A stretch of DNA of 58,089 bases, the filler included, from Sluysia triapertura (lineage: Eukaryota): NCBI GenBank assembly GCA_046118255.1. It is 4 parts of 4 records of this genome, joined end to end, with 100 filler letters (N's around TTAATTAATTAA, not from the genome) between each part and the next. Parts side by side here need not be neighbours in the genome. Positions count along the whole stretch, not along the records: positions 27,442 to 39,993 come from JBJNIA010099656.1; positions 40,094 to 58,089 come from JBJNIA010183279.1; 2 more parts are not named here. One strand, 5' to 3'. The position numbers and the translations under genes were made by a program. Shown here piece by piece: positions 28,145-40,524 of this stretch (position 1 is its first letter; every line of letters starts with the position of its first letter). The notes under the pieces were generated by a model. It did no database searches. It was not told where the DNA came from and worked only from the letters and a program-made list of their open reading frames with translations.

Positions 28145-28670
28145 AATGATAAAGTTAATCAATTAAATAACCAAATAATTCAAACATTTCGTGAAAAATT
28201 AACAATAGTAAAATGTATTGATCAAATAATTTGTGATCGTGAATAAGACGCAATGGAATATCCAATGGAATTTTTAATTACCTGAATTACAGCTTAAAGT
28301 TGGGGATATTGAGAAACCTAGATTTCAACAGCAGCTTTTGCACCAGATTTCGTTTCAAAATTATCTGGATTTTATCAAACATTATAGATTGTATAGTTGC
28401 AGGAAAATGAGATTTTCTATCAAAAATTAAGTTAGAACCAACGAATGATTTGTTTTTCTTTAAATTTCAGCGAAATTAGTTTCCTATTCGATTTTTTTTC
28501 CGAATGACATTTAACAAACCTTTAATTAACAAGAACAATTAATTAATTAATGACAAACGTTTAACAAAGTTGGAATTCAACTCGATTCTACTGTTTGTCT
28601 CTGGCCAAATCAATGCATTCAATTGCCTGGAAATACTTCAAGAACCAAAAATATTGTTTACAAAGATAAA
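28145..28670 (+). mobile_element. Helitron RepHel PIF1-type helicase C-terminal fragment (decayed)
   Basis: Ordered motifs YPMEFL, LQLKVG, LRNLD, FQR.*FPIR, MTFNK, QTFNKVGI, TKNIVYK match the Helitron helicase C-terminus; many frameshifts. Confidence 0.8.
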
Positions 28671-29667
28671 GTTGAATAAAATTTTAGTTTATTTAATTGT
28701 TTGAAGTATTCATTATAAAATCGATAATTTTCTTATTTTATATCAATAATAAATCCATTTTTCTTATATCATTTTAACCTAAATTGAAATTACTCATTGC
28801 TTCATATAATTTGTTCAAAGTTAAACTAATTACAATCTAATTATTCTTTATTATTAAAAGTTTGTACAAAATAAACTCTGTTTGGTGACAATCACAACCT
28901 ATTTTAATCACTAATAATAATTATTATTATGTAAATAATAGTAATAATTAATGAAAATAATAATTGATAAAAATAATTTTAAAATAATAATAATATTAAT
29001 AATAATAATAATGAAATAAATAAAAGAAAAATTTTCTTTTTTCCCATTGGACGATGACTTATACTTGTTTCTCGTAATAGAATTCAGAAGAAACTAAAGT
29101 TGTTTCTTGTACAATTTTAATTAGAGACAAGTGTTTGAAGAAGATTATAATTTCTTCGAATCTTTGATCTAATTTTTGTTACTGGCAAGTTTACTTATAT
29201 AGGTTATTCCGGTTTCCTATTGAAACATAAAAATCCAACGTAAACTATTTTTGTAAATGTATTTTAATACCAGATTTAATTAATGATAAAATTGTTGTAA
29301 AATTAAATCAATACTAAATTGAATTTTCTGAATTTCTTTTATCAAGAATTTTGGTACGCGACTATTTCTGTAAATATTTATTGACCTGTTTTTTGTTATT
29401 TGAAAGCAACAACAAATAGACTCATGCGTTAAGTATATAAATCATATGCATGGGAATGACTTAAATTATATATTATATTAAGAATGTTCATTGCGATAGA
29501 AATACTTTTATATTTTAAATGAAATTCATAAAAGTGCAAAAAAAGACTTGCCCAGCTTTTTATTATCTGTGTTCAAACAGAAAAATACGAGAGATAATTA
29601 GACTATTTGTTAGAAATTATTTATCATAATTCTCTACTTTGTAATTTTGTTTTTCGATAGATGAAAC

Positions 29668-29752
29668 TAAGACAACCCTCAAAAATAAGCCCTAGTGTCA
29701 TATATTGGAATGAAAATTAATATAAGCCCTATCTTGTTTTCGGGAAGCACGG
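29668..29752. mobile_element. Tc2/pogo-like transposon terminal fragment
   Basis: Reverse complement reads TA-CCGTGCTTCCCGAAAACAAGA with internal ATAAGCCCTA repeats, typical of CCGT-type TcMar ends; partner end not found. Confidence 0.5.
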
Positions 29753-30124
29753 TAATTTTATAAACACTTCAAACAATGTTATAAAATATTTTTAATTAAA
29801 ATTAAAAATTAATAAAATTTGCTATAATAAATAATTTTTTGTTACATTTATTTAATTATTAGTCGTTAATGTAATAATAGTAGTGAATCAAACAATGGTA
29901 GCTCAAAAAGCTTAGAAAATATTTTATTTTGACAATTTAATTTAAACAGTGACTGCAGAATGCATTTATCTCTTTGATACATTTATAAATGTTATATCAG
30001 AACGTTTTTGAAAAAGAGGTAATTTAATCAATAAAATCTAAACATTGTCTTTTTAATTTTGTAACATCCCTGCAGTTTATAACTTAAAATTGATTCTTTA
30101 TGTTAACTTTAAATCATAATTTAG

Positions 30125-31896
30125 AATGTTAGAAGCAAAAAGTGGAGCTTGGTTTCAACGCCTAATAATGAAACGACAGCAAAGTCTTCAAAATCAATCG
30201 AATTTCATTGCTTCACCAACGAATACTCGAATGTGGAATGTACAAGATGAAGAAATAATCAATCATGACATTAAAAAAGGTTGTCGTGGTAACGTGAATA
30301 GACATATGTCACTAGTATCTACAGAGCAAGAACAAGATTCAAGAAAATATTCTGAAGATATTGTTCGAGACAATGAAAAATGTGAAAAAGTTAATAAAAT
30401 AAAGAATAGATTGAAGCGTTAGTATAAATTGTAAAACTATAAATATAAATAAAAGTAAAATATTGTGCTTTTTCTTTTCAATAATTTTGGAGTTTTATAT
30501 TATGGATAAGTCAGATAGAAGCTTTGTTTGATAAAAAACTTATCAAGCAATATTCATTTTAAGCTTTATAGACAGCAGTCATTGTCTGTCATACCATACG
30601 TAAATTTTGGAATAAATATGCAAAGATATAACATTTTTCATGGATAAATAACTCCATAATTATACTAATGAAAGAAAACTAAGAAATAGTTTATGTTTGT
30701 GAAAAGATTTATAATGGGTGAGCTCAAAACAAAAACGCATTTACCAAAAATCGTAAACAATCTTCAACGCAATCTAACATATTTATCAAATCATCAAACA
30801 TTCATAACATAAAACAGAAACAAAGTTACACTGCATCATAACGTAAATTCAATATATTTGCACAACAGTCAACACTCTATAATATTACACACTTTAACAC
30901 ATTTACAATTTACATTTAACATTTTTATTTAAAATTATGTTGTATTATTTATTAATATTTTCCTTTGGTAGCTTAAATGTGCTATTTATTAATCTCTTAT
31001 TATTTTTTTCATTATAACTTTTTAAATCTGAGCTTAATTTAGGTTTACGTCTAACTTTTACTTTGTTATTTACTATTGATTTTTTTATTATATTACTTAA
31101 TTTCTAATCTTTAAAAATGTCAAAGTTAATCTGAAGGTTAAAGTCCCTACTTGTTTCAGGTGTACGAGATCGAAGTGCTATAGTTATTTTATAATTTAAA
31201 ATTTCAAACATTCTCCTTTTCTGAACTTTAACGAAATAAAAATACTTATTTAAAACACACGTTTTATTAACACGAAAACAAAGTTTATTGTTGACTTCTA
31301 TTTCTTCTCAATTAAATTAAATATAATTAAAAGTTTTAAATCAAGAAATCTTCAATATCTTCAATATAAACCTTAGTTTAATTGTGGTAAGTATTCAATA
31401 TAAACTTGGTAATAATTGTGGTAGCATAGTGCAATTTGTTTTTTTAATATACTATTTGCAATTGTAAAAGTGTACAAAATATTTTTATAATTTATTTTAT
31501 TGTAAAAAATTATTAAATTATTATTCTAATTGTATTAAAATTAAAATTATTACCCAATTACTTTAAAAAATAATACAAAGAGAAGTTTCCAGAAATAAAA
31601 TTGTTTAATTAAATTAAATTTTAAAATATGTCTTTATGTGTATATAAAGACATATATAAAAAGAAAGAAGCCATTGTTAATATTACGCCATTTTGTATTA
31701 CAAAGTAGACAAAATTAACAATCTAAAAAATCATCATCAACATTTATACTCCAACAATTATCAAATTCACCATTCAAGTTATCGTGTAAATCCCGCGTCT
31801 TCGATGAGAAGGATAACAATTTCCAAGCATCAACGGCGCAACCTATCAAATACACTTCGAAAAATATATCTGGAAACTGATCTGCGATTTTATTGA
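30125..31896 (+). CDS. Probable last two exons (30125-30417 and about 31706/31709-31896) of an unidentified plus-strand gene
   Basis: tttag acceptor before 30125, C|gttagt phase-1 donor at 30418, two phase-1 acceptors near 31705/31708; protein-like composition ending RKIYLETDLRFY*; no family recognised. Confidence 0.5.
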
Positions 31897-32999
31897 TTAA
31901 ATTAGTGAGTTTGTTGTATAATGTGAACTCTTTTTTTGAGTTAAAATCTACACTCAAAATACTAATTTTATGGCTGTTCCTTAAGGCCAATCACAAAATC
32001 AATTTAAAATATAAATTCACTGCTCTTTAGTTGGCCCTTAAGGTCAATTATAAAATCATTATTATAAGGTAGAGTCTCTCGGTTAGACCTTTATTATAGT
32101 TCAATTTTTATCGTTATTATAATTTTACTGTTTATAAATTTTGGTAATTATTATCATATTTTAATTTTATTTATTAAATTTCTTTTTATTTGTCGTATAA
32201 TAAAACTAGGATTTTGTTAGATATTAATTCATAATAATTTTAATATTGAATTTATAATATAAGTTTAATATACTCCTGCAAAATATTTTAATCTATTATA
32301 GTGCAAACTTGCTAGTTTCATAGAACGATTCCAAAAAATATAGCACTTAGTATAATAATACTTAATAAAGAATAAAAGATAAAAGTGTAATATATTTTTA
32401 ACTTTATTTTTTACATAAACTCAAATATTACAGATGCTAGCGTTGGTCTTGATTAGTTTTTATGTCATTTAATATCAAGAGACTTTGCCCAATATTGTTT
32501 AAGTTAAGGCAGAGTATTTTTATACGATTAATCTTGATAATTGTTTTCACGTAATTTTACAGATACGCCATTAATAAGTTATGTACTGTAAACGGACTCA
32601 GAATAATAAATTATTTTGCTGTAAGTTAGGTTTTTGTAATAAGAAAACCCCCAGTAATATTAAAGTAAGATTATCTTAACATGTGCATCTGTTACGTCTT
32701 TATTTTATTATTTATAATAATAATTTAATAATGAAGCAAACTTAAGTTAAAATCCTATTTAATTTTAATAATTGTTAAATCTAATATGAATTATCACAAA
32801 GAATTTTCTTTACTTATAATAAAAATTTTATTTTTTACTTTAATAACTTCTTATTTGTCTTAATTCCTTTATTATAATTTTAAAATAAATAAAATCAAAA
32901 AATACAACTTTAATTATACGCAATAATAGGGAAGCAAAAGCAAATAATTCCAATTATTTTCGTTTGAATTATCTATTCATACTATTATCAATCTATTAT

Positions 33000-34260
33000 C
33001 AAAACTACAATCACCCCAGTAGTTCAAATAAAATAAGATAAATAAAATAACAATTAATAAAAATGAAATGAAAACCAGAGATGACGACGTAACACTTAGA
33101 ACAATATTAAATATTATTCACGCTTATTCCTTAATAATAATAAAATATAAATTTCTCCAAGACAACAAAAAACATAAACTATTTTAATAAAATCTCCCAA
33201 AAACAATACTTTTTTAATTATTAAAATTATAAAATTCAAAAATTACTTAAAACATGGATCTTCTCATTTGCATTACTATTTGTTGTTAGTTGTGCTTTAA
33301 AATTTTTTAGGTATTCTTTTTTATATTTTCTCATCATCCAATCATTTCCTAATTTTTGATTAAACATTCTCTCATAAAAATCACTGCAATTTTCTTTGAG
33401 AATTAATCCAACAATAATAACTTTAACACTTACGCGGTACCGACTGTTAAACTTTATTAGATACAAAACACAAAAAATTGATTTATGATTATCTATTATT
33501 TTCCTTTACTCTATTCAATCTACTTTTACTTAAATTACTTCTCGCATTAAAATAACAATCATTATTATTATAAGCATACATAAAAAAATAATGAATTTAA
33601 TTTTAGTTTTTAGAATTTAATTGGTTTTCGATTTGTCACACCCAATTTTCTTATGGAAAATGTTTAAGGTTCTTAATTTCAAACAAGCCACGCTACAGAC
33701 ATTTCAAACTCACTTCTAGATTCTCCTCTTTCATGGGAATCATCTCATATTAAATTCATTATATTTTCATCATTCTAACTATTAAAAATTCAACATTCCA
33801 TAATTAAGAATTCAAATTTGACTTTGGTCAATATTAAGGCTTTCTTTGCATGAACTCGGTCAAACCATATGTATTTTTTTAAAACAAATTTAACATAGCA
33901 TTCCGCATTCAAAAGTTATTCACAAAAACGTACTTTTTCTTAATTAGGATTTAGATTAATTAATCTATTTTTAGACTTCATCTTATTTTATGTTTAAAAG
34001 TTTTATTATTTACAGGGGGCTATAGATATTTTCACCTTCACCTCCCGGATTCCTTTTTTACTTCTTCATGTTAATTATTATCATACCAAATTTATTCTTA
34101 TTACCAATAACAATGACTTCATTTCACTAATATTTTAAAGATGTTAAACACTTTATAAGATTACTAAAGTATCTTAAATGCTTAAATACTTCATTTAAGT
34201 TATTAAGTAAGGATTAGAACGATTTATGCTACTTTGCAGTTTTGATTAGGTTCAAATATT
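33000..34260 (+). repeat. Unclassified >1 kb interspersed repeat, copy A
   Basis: Colinear similarity with copies B-D; 41-nt identity between 33892-33932 and 55072-55112. Confidence 0.85.
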
Positions 34261-34426
34261 CAGTTTTAAAATATTTTATCTTACAAACACACCTAATCTA
34301 ATATTTTGTCAATTACCAAAAGTTTATGAATATTTCACTTGTAAGAAATATTTATCACTTATAAAATCATTTATAATTTTAATTTTTATTGTTTTAAGTA
34401 ACACAATTATTATAATAATTACTAAC

Positions 34427-34588
34427 TAAACATCTTTTACCGTAAGGTGTTCCATAATCATACGGTGACTCAAGCTTTCGTGACTTAAGCATCATTGCTA
34501 TAGCACAATTTGCAATTCTTTCTGCAAATTTGTGATCACCACTAGGAATACCACTAACAACAAGACATGCATCACCGACTACATCAAT
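34427..34588 (-). CDS. sGC-like exon: cyclase domain IDVVGDACLVVSGIP...ERIANCAIAM
   Basis: ttcag acceptor (AG at 34590-34589), gttagt donor at 34426; 54 codons; second metal-binding Asp motif. Confidence 0.9.
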
Positions 34589-37500
34589 CTGAAGTATTAA
34601 AAACATACTTAATAGTGAAGATAAATAATACGTTTTAAAAGCATTTAAAATGACAAACACGATCAACTCCATGCAATTGAATCAATTTATCAAATTCGTC
34701 GTATAAAATATTCAATAAATCAATAATTTGATTTGGTGTACACGATTCGACTAAATTTGAAAACTGAACAATATCACAAAATAAAATTCCACAATTTTTA
34801 TACTTTTCTAAAATAATGTGATAATTTATATATATAGATATTTTTCTTACTTCCATCTCCAATTACCTTTTGAACTAAACTTCGTATTCCATAAGGTACA
34901 GTTTGATCTTTCGAAGAATCGATAGAAGAATTTCGATTATTTTCATTATCAACTATTACAGTATTATCATTATTATTATTAGTATTATTATTATCATTAT
35001 TTTTATTATAAACATCCATTTGATTGTTTCTAATATAATAAAATATTATATTAAAATATTTTCAATTAATTTTTATTTGAAAGTTTTATTTGTAAAAATT
35101 TCAAAAAATTACTTTATATTTGAAATTGTAACCAAATATTTAGTCACATCGTGATTACGAATTTCAGACAAGCGCATACTGTTACTGTCGAATTCATTTA
35201 AATTTGAAATTAATGGTGAACATAAATAAAGCATTGTATTTGATGCTTTTAAATTAATCATTTCACCACGAAAATAAAGTTTGTTTTTATTTGTTACATT
35301 TGTAACTAAATCATTTGATATTACTTTCAAAATGTGAGGACAATCAATCATATCTTTAATATTTTGAAAATTAAATCTCTGATGTGTTGGATGTATTAAT
35401 TCTAGATATTTTGTTACATCTGTACTTTCACGACGAAATTCTAAAAATAAAAAAATTAGATAATTTTTGCTATTGTTATTTATAAGTAGATAAATAAAAA
35501 AATAAAACCAGATATAATATCTTGAATATATATGCCAGATTGTTTCAGTTTCATAAATTGATCGAATATTATATGATAAGGAAAAACCTCACAAAAATCT
35601 CTTGGTTCTATAAGTAAAGCTTTTGGAATCGTTGGATGTAATCTATGATAATCAATGTTTATTTGAAGTGCCATTTGCCATTTTGCTTTAGTCATACGAG
35701 CTCTTTGAACAGGTAGAGAAGCTTCTCCATATTCCTTAATTTTAAATTTATGAATAATTATTTTTGTTTCATCGCATCAAAAAAATTTAATTATTATTTT
35801 GTTTAGATATGAAAGTTTAATTTCTTACGGATATTATTAATACCAATCGTAGAAAAATTAATGACAATATTCTATTCTAAATGGCACTTTTCTAGGCCTA
35901 TACCGCAAATATATATAGTGGCGGAACAAAAGAGGGGCAGGGAGGGGCAAGTTCTCCGGGCGCAGCGTCATAGGGGCGCAAAATTGTTTCTAGAAAAATA
36001 GAAAAAGAAATAAATGCATAGTCAATGTATAGTGCTTTTGGACCATTGATGTTGGTGTTTGGGGGCGCTAGGTCGAGGTCTTGACTCTCTCTGGAACACG
36101 ACCTCGACACGACTATATTGAAGATTTTCAGAACACAGAATTTAAATTTTGCATGATTCTATTTGAATTGTCATTTCGAAAAGAATTGATAGTTCATTAA
36201 TAATAGGGATTTTAAAAAATATTAATCATTTTTTAAATGAAAATAAATTTAGTTGATATACCTCGTATGACTTCAATATTACTCGAATTATCCTAACAGT
36301 TTCATCACAACTTATCGTTTAAGCACATCCTGGTTCATCTTTCAAGGTTATTTTGACGTATTATTCATTATTTTTATTTGATATTCTTTGTTTGATTCTT
36401 CTCTTGATGCACAACGAAACATTTTCTGAATTTCTACAGCCAAATAATTGTTTTTCGAAATTGTAGAAATATTAGAAAAGGAACAATTAGTCTTCAAAAT
36501 AAACATCATCATTGTCTACGCCTTTCTGCCAATAATCTGAAATCTTTCTGATCGAAAAGTTATAGGAAAGCTGTGGTGATCCAGCCCACCCTACCTACAC
36601 ATCACATAAATCATAACAATCAAGTACAGAAACCTCATCACAAAAAATATTATATGGCATATTCACAAATGTCCATATCATTCACAACATCACATCACTC
36701 ATCCCTACAAAATTGCAGATGCATAATAAAATCCTTTTACTAACATTTTCGATCAAAACAAAACACAACACTTGTTGTCATCCTGTCATTATTACTTCAT
36801 ATCACTTTCCTTATGTCTTGCAGTTTTCCATTTTTATTTTCCTTTTATATTTATGCATAGTCATATAGGACTATGCCTTTATGTATAATATTTATTTTTT
36901 CGGTCAAAAGAACCATTACCAACATGTCCATCTATTATTCTGGAATTCATTATGAAAAAGATTAACCATCACAGTAATCGATTTCAACGCATCAATATTA
37001 CTTATAAATTGATTTAACTTGTTCCATTTAGCATTTAAAGCCTTATTAGGTACGCAGAGTTCACTTTTCTTACACATAGTAATTCTTTCCAGGTTTCTTT
37101 TTTCAAAAACAACCACGTGAAACTTTTAGCAGAGTTACTGAAAATATTCTAAAAGAATTCAAAGGTGATAGAAAACTAAAAGAGAATTTAGAAAAGTTTA
37201 AGAAATCAACAAAAGATCTTACAGATTTTTTAAAAAAATTAGAGAAACGTATAAATAAATGGAAAATGAAATTCCACCAGATACTTTTGATAAAATAAAT
37301 AATTATTATAAATCTTTGATCGAGAAAATTAATACCGTAGGTAATTTAGCTAAAAATTAAAATAAAGTATTATGGTATTTTAAATTAAAAGCATTCATCT
37401 CTTTGTTTGAAATTTACTATCGTTTTAAAGTTCGCATTTCAAAAATTATTGATGATAATATGCACAAAGAGAAATCAAGCAAAAGTAGGTGATTTTAATA

Positions 37501-39916
37501 AAGTTAATTATAGTAAACAGATTTCACAACGACAGTCGATGAAGAAATGCATGATGTCTCGCCAAGTCACTTTGGGCGACGCACTTTGAGTCTTAATGAG
37601 GACGAGGCGTCGAAGGCTTATCAGGTATGCAAATCGGAAGGTGACTTCTCTTGTTGGGGAACCGCTAAGATGAGCTGAGAGACATGCTGTATGCTTTCGG
37701 AACCACGGTTGGATTGACTTCACTGATGAGGCAGCTTCAGAACATTATTGTGACTGGGAACTCGAGCGAGTTGAACATTTCAAACTTTATCTTTTATTTT
37801 TTTATGATTTCTATACAATAACTGATGTCTCTAAAAATCGAAAAACAAATTATTGTGAATACATCATAACATAAACTGTTTGCATAAATTTTACAATTAT
37901 TGCAATTTTTGTCTATCGAGTAAAAGATTGTTCTGCTTCCCAATATGAAAAAGATTAGCTTAGGCACATCAGGTTTTTTCTTAAAGAAACTAATCACTAG
38001 GTCCATCCTATACAGAATCTTCAAGACAGTAATCAGGATCGGCCGCTTAGGGCTACACATGATCCACCCAGTGAATTCCGGGTATGTTGTAACAGTACGT
38101 CTGACTGTACTCATGGACACAATAGTTAGTTTAATTATCATGATAGAGATTTTGTTCTGTTGAGTTTTGGAAGTGATTATTGAACAATTGTATAAAACGC
38201 TCTCTTTTTATATCTGTAAAATTAAAAAAAATTTTTGTGTTATCTCTATACTAAATTTTTGTGTGCCTTAATCACCAATTTGATGATCACGATTTCGGTT
38301 GTTTAGATAATTATTGTAACAGATATGTGATCGCACATATGTCTAGCAATGTCATAAACATTTTAACAATAACAACTTCTTCAAATTCATCGAATGACTC
38401 AAAGTGAAGATTGATCAGAAGAACCCGTAGTCAAAAAATATCTAAGAATACGTTTATATGAGTTACGACTATATGAGTAGGTTAAGTCAGCCTTTTTACG
38501 GTTTGGCCAAATATGAAATATTTTAAATAATAATATTAGAAAATTCGATGAATAATACCTTTATCAAACACAAGATACAGCAAGTAGTATTAAAAAAGAG
38601 TAATCCAATTGATATAATATAAATAGATATTTTATCGACTTAAGCCTAGTGCTTAGCCGAGGAAAATTTGATTTTATAAAGATTTTGACCTAGCCAGTTA
38701 CGGTCTAAGATTAAATAGAATGATTTTACGTGTTAATTTCATATACCATATTTTATTACAATTAGGGTTTAGTTTAAACTTAATAAGAATATTACTTCTG
38801 TATGGATTGATGAGATTCCAAATATCTTCGTATTATTTTCTCTAGTAAAAATATTACAAAAATAAAACAATAACACCGTAATTATTGTTGTGTTACTTAG
38901 CTCAATTTCTGGTGTATTTGTCTTTTTATTAAATTAGTTAAACAAATCTTACTAATTGATTTATTTAAATAAATTTTTTAAAATTTATTTCTTTATAATT
39001 TTTTGAAATTTATTTCAATTTATAATGTTTATTAATTTAATAAAAGTAATATTTAAATAAAATAAAATTGTTAATAACAGAATAAGAAATAAAATTGAAT
39101 AAATTATATCAATATAATAAAAAAAATTATTAAAATAGATAATGTAATGTAACACAATAAATCAACAGTCAATGTTTGAAAATATCTGATAAAGCGATCT
39201 AACACGGCTTTGAATTGTCTTGCTGAAACCGAAACTTCATCTTTGTATCTAAATTGTTTCTCCAATAATGACGCAACAGTACACAAAACTCAAAACTCAA
39301 AATAGTTAGTGTTACGAACAATACTACATAGTCATCAAAACACGCACGCACACAAACACTGTGAGACACCATTGAACATGAGATGAGCTGAATCAACAGA
39401 CACACGTACACATACAGACATAAAAAAGCATTATTTTAACGTGACTCACGAACTAATCTCATCTAACATTTTTGAACTCGACTAACAAATAAGTCTTCTG
39501 ATATAAAATTAATGAATTAAATGATGTTTTACCTACAAATTCCTCTTTTTATGATTACATTTAAGGCAGTAACTTTTCATACCATCTTTTTTACTATCAT
39601 CTTTATTCATAAAATAATATAAAAAGTTCTTATTGGTCAATAATTAACAAATAAATATTCAATAAATCATACTACATACTCGACGTATAAAACTGATTTT
39701 TTCTTGTTGTTCTTCAACATTTTTCAGATTGATTTGTTTTTCGGCATTTCGTTGTGTATGTGCAATCAAAGTTGGAGAATCGAATTCTTCAGGACAATCT
39801 GATACTAATACTGAATAAACAATGTGGTTTCTATCTTCAGAAATATCTTGAAGAACTATTTCCATGGTAACTAATTTTTTGAAGAAAATCTTTCCACAAA
39901 TTTTCAACAGAGCTGT

Positions 39917-39983
<67 letters not shown>

Positions 39984-40187
39984 TAGTAATAATNNNNNNN
40001 NNNNNNNNNNNNNNNNNNNNNNNNNNNNNNNNNNNNNTTAATTAATTAANNNNNNNNNNNNNNNNNNNNNNNNNNNNNNNNNNNNNNNNNNNNTATTATG
40101 GTGAATGATTTACCTTAAGCGCTTTTGAGTACTTTCGCAGTGGATATGAGCGCAATATAAATTAATATATGATTATTATTATTATTA

Positions 40188-40233
<46 letters not shown>

Positions 40234-40493
40234 TTGTCTGTTAATATGAGTCTAAAATTTAAAATTATGTAATTTATCTGTGTGCATATGCAAAGGAAAT
40301 GTGAATTTGTTTGGTGATTTTCTTTAATTTGCGTTAAAGCCAATAAGGCGTCTATAGACCGTTAAATTAAAAATTAAGAATCTTCTGTAATTGGTTTTAT
40401 TGTTTTTAAAGGCTTTACTCAAAAAATTTATTTAAAATTTGTATAACATTGAATTACTATAAGGCTATAAAGAAAAATTAACAATATAAGCTT

Positions 40494-40524
<31 letters not shown>

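Noticed and set aside
31715-31990. Minus-strand ORF as the missing cyclase exon (YLIGCAVD...LH has the spacing of CLFGDTVN...IH)
   Set aside because: No GIHSG-like segment, key residues are absent, and the opposite strand has a better-supported spliced exon; probably a shadow ORF, though not excluded
33236-33466. ORF within repeat copy A (likewise 46294-46557 in copy B)
   Set aside because: Frame not preserved across copies; no recognisable TE protein
36230-36480. Mariner-like N-terminal relic (ITLKDEPG) on the minus strand
   Set aside because: A single short motif, no TIR or catalytic residues
37590-37745. Hammerhead ribozyme cores (CTGATGAG at about 37723; TAATGAG-GACG/CGTC-GAA at about 37593)
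   Set aside because: No stem II followed by GAAA, and no closing stems I/III with an NUH site could be formed
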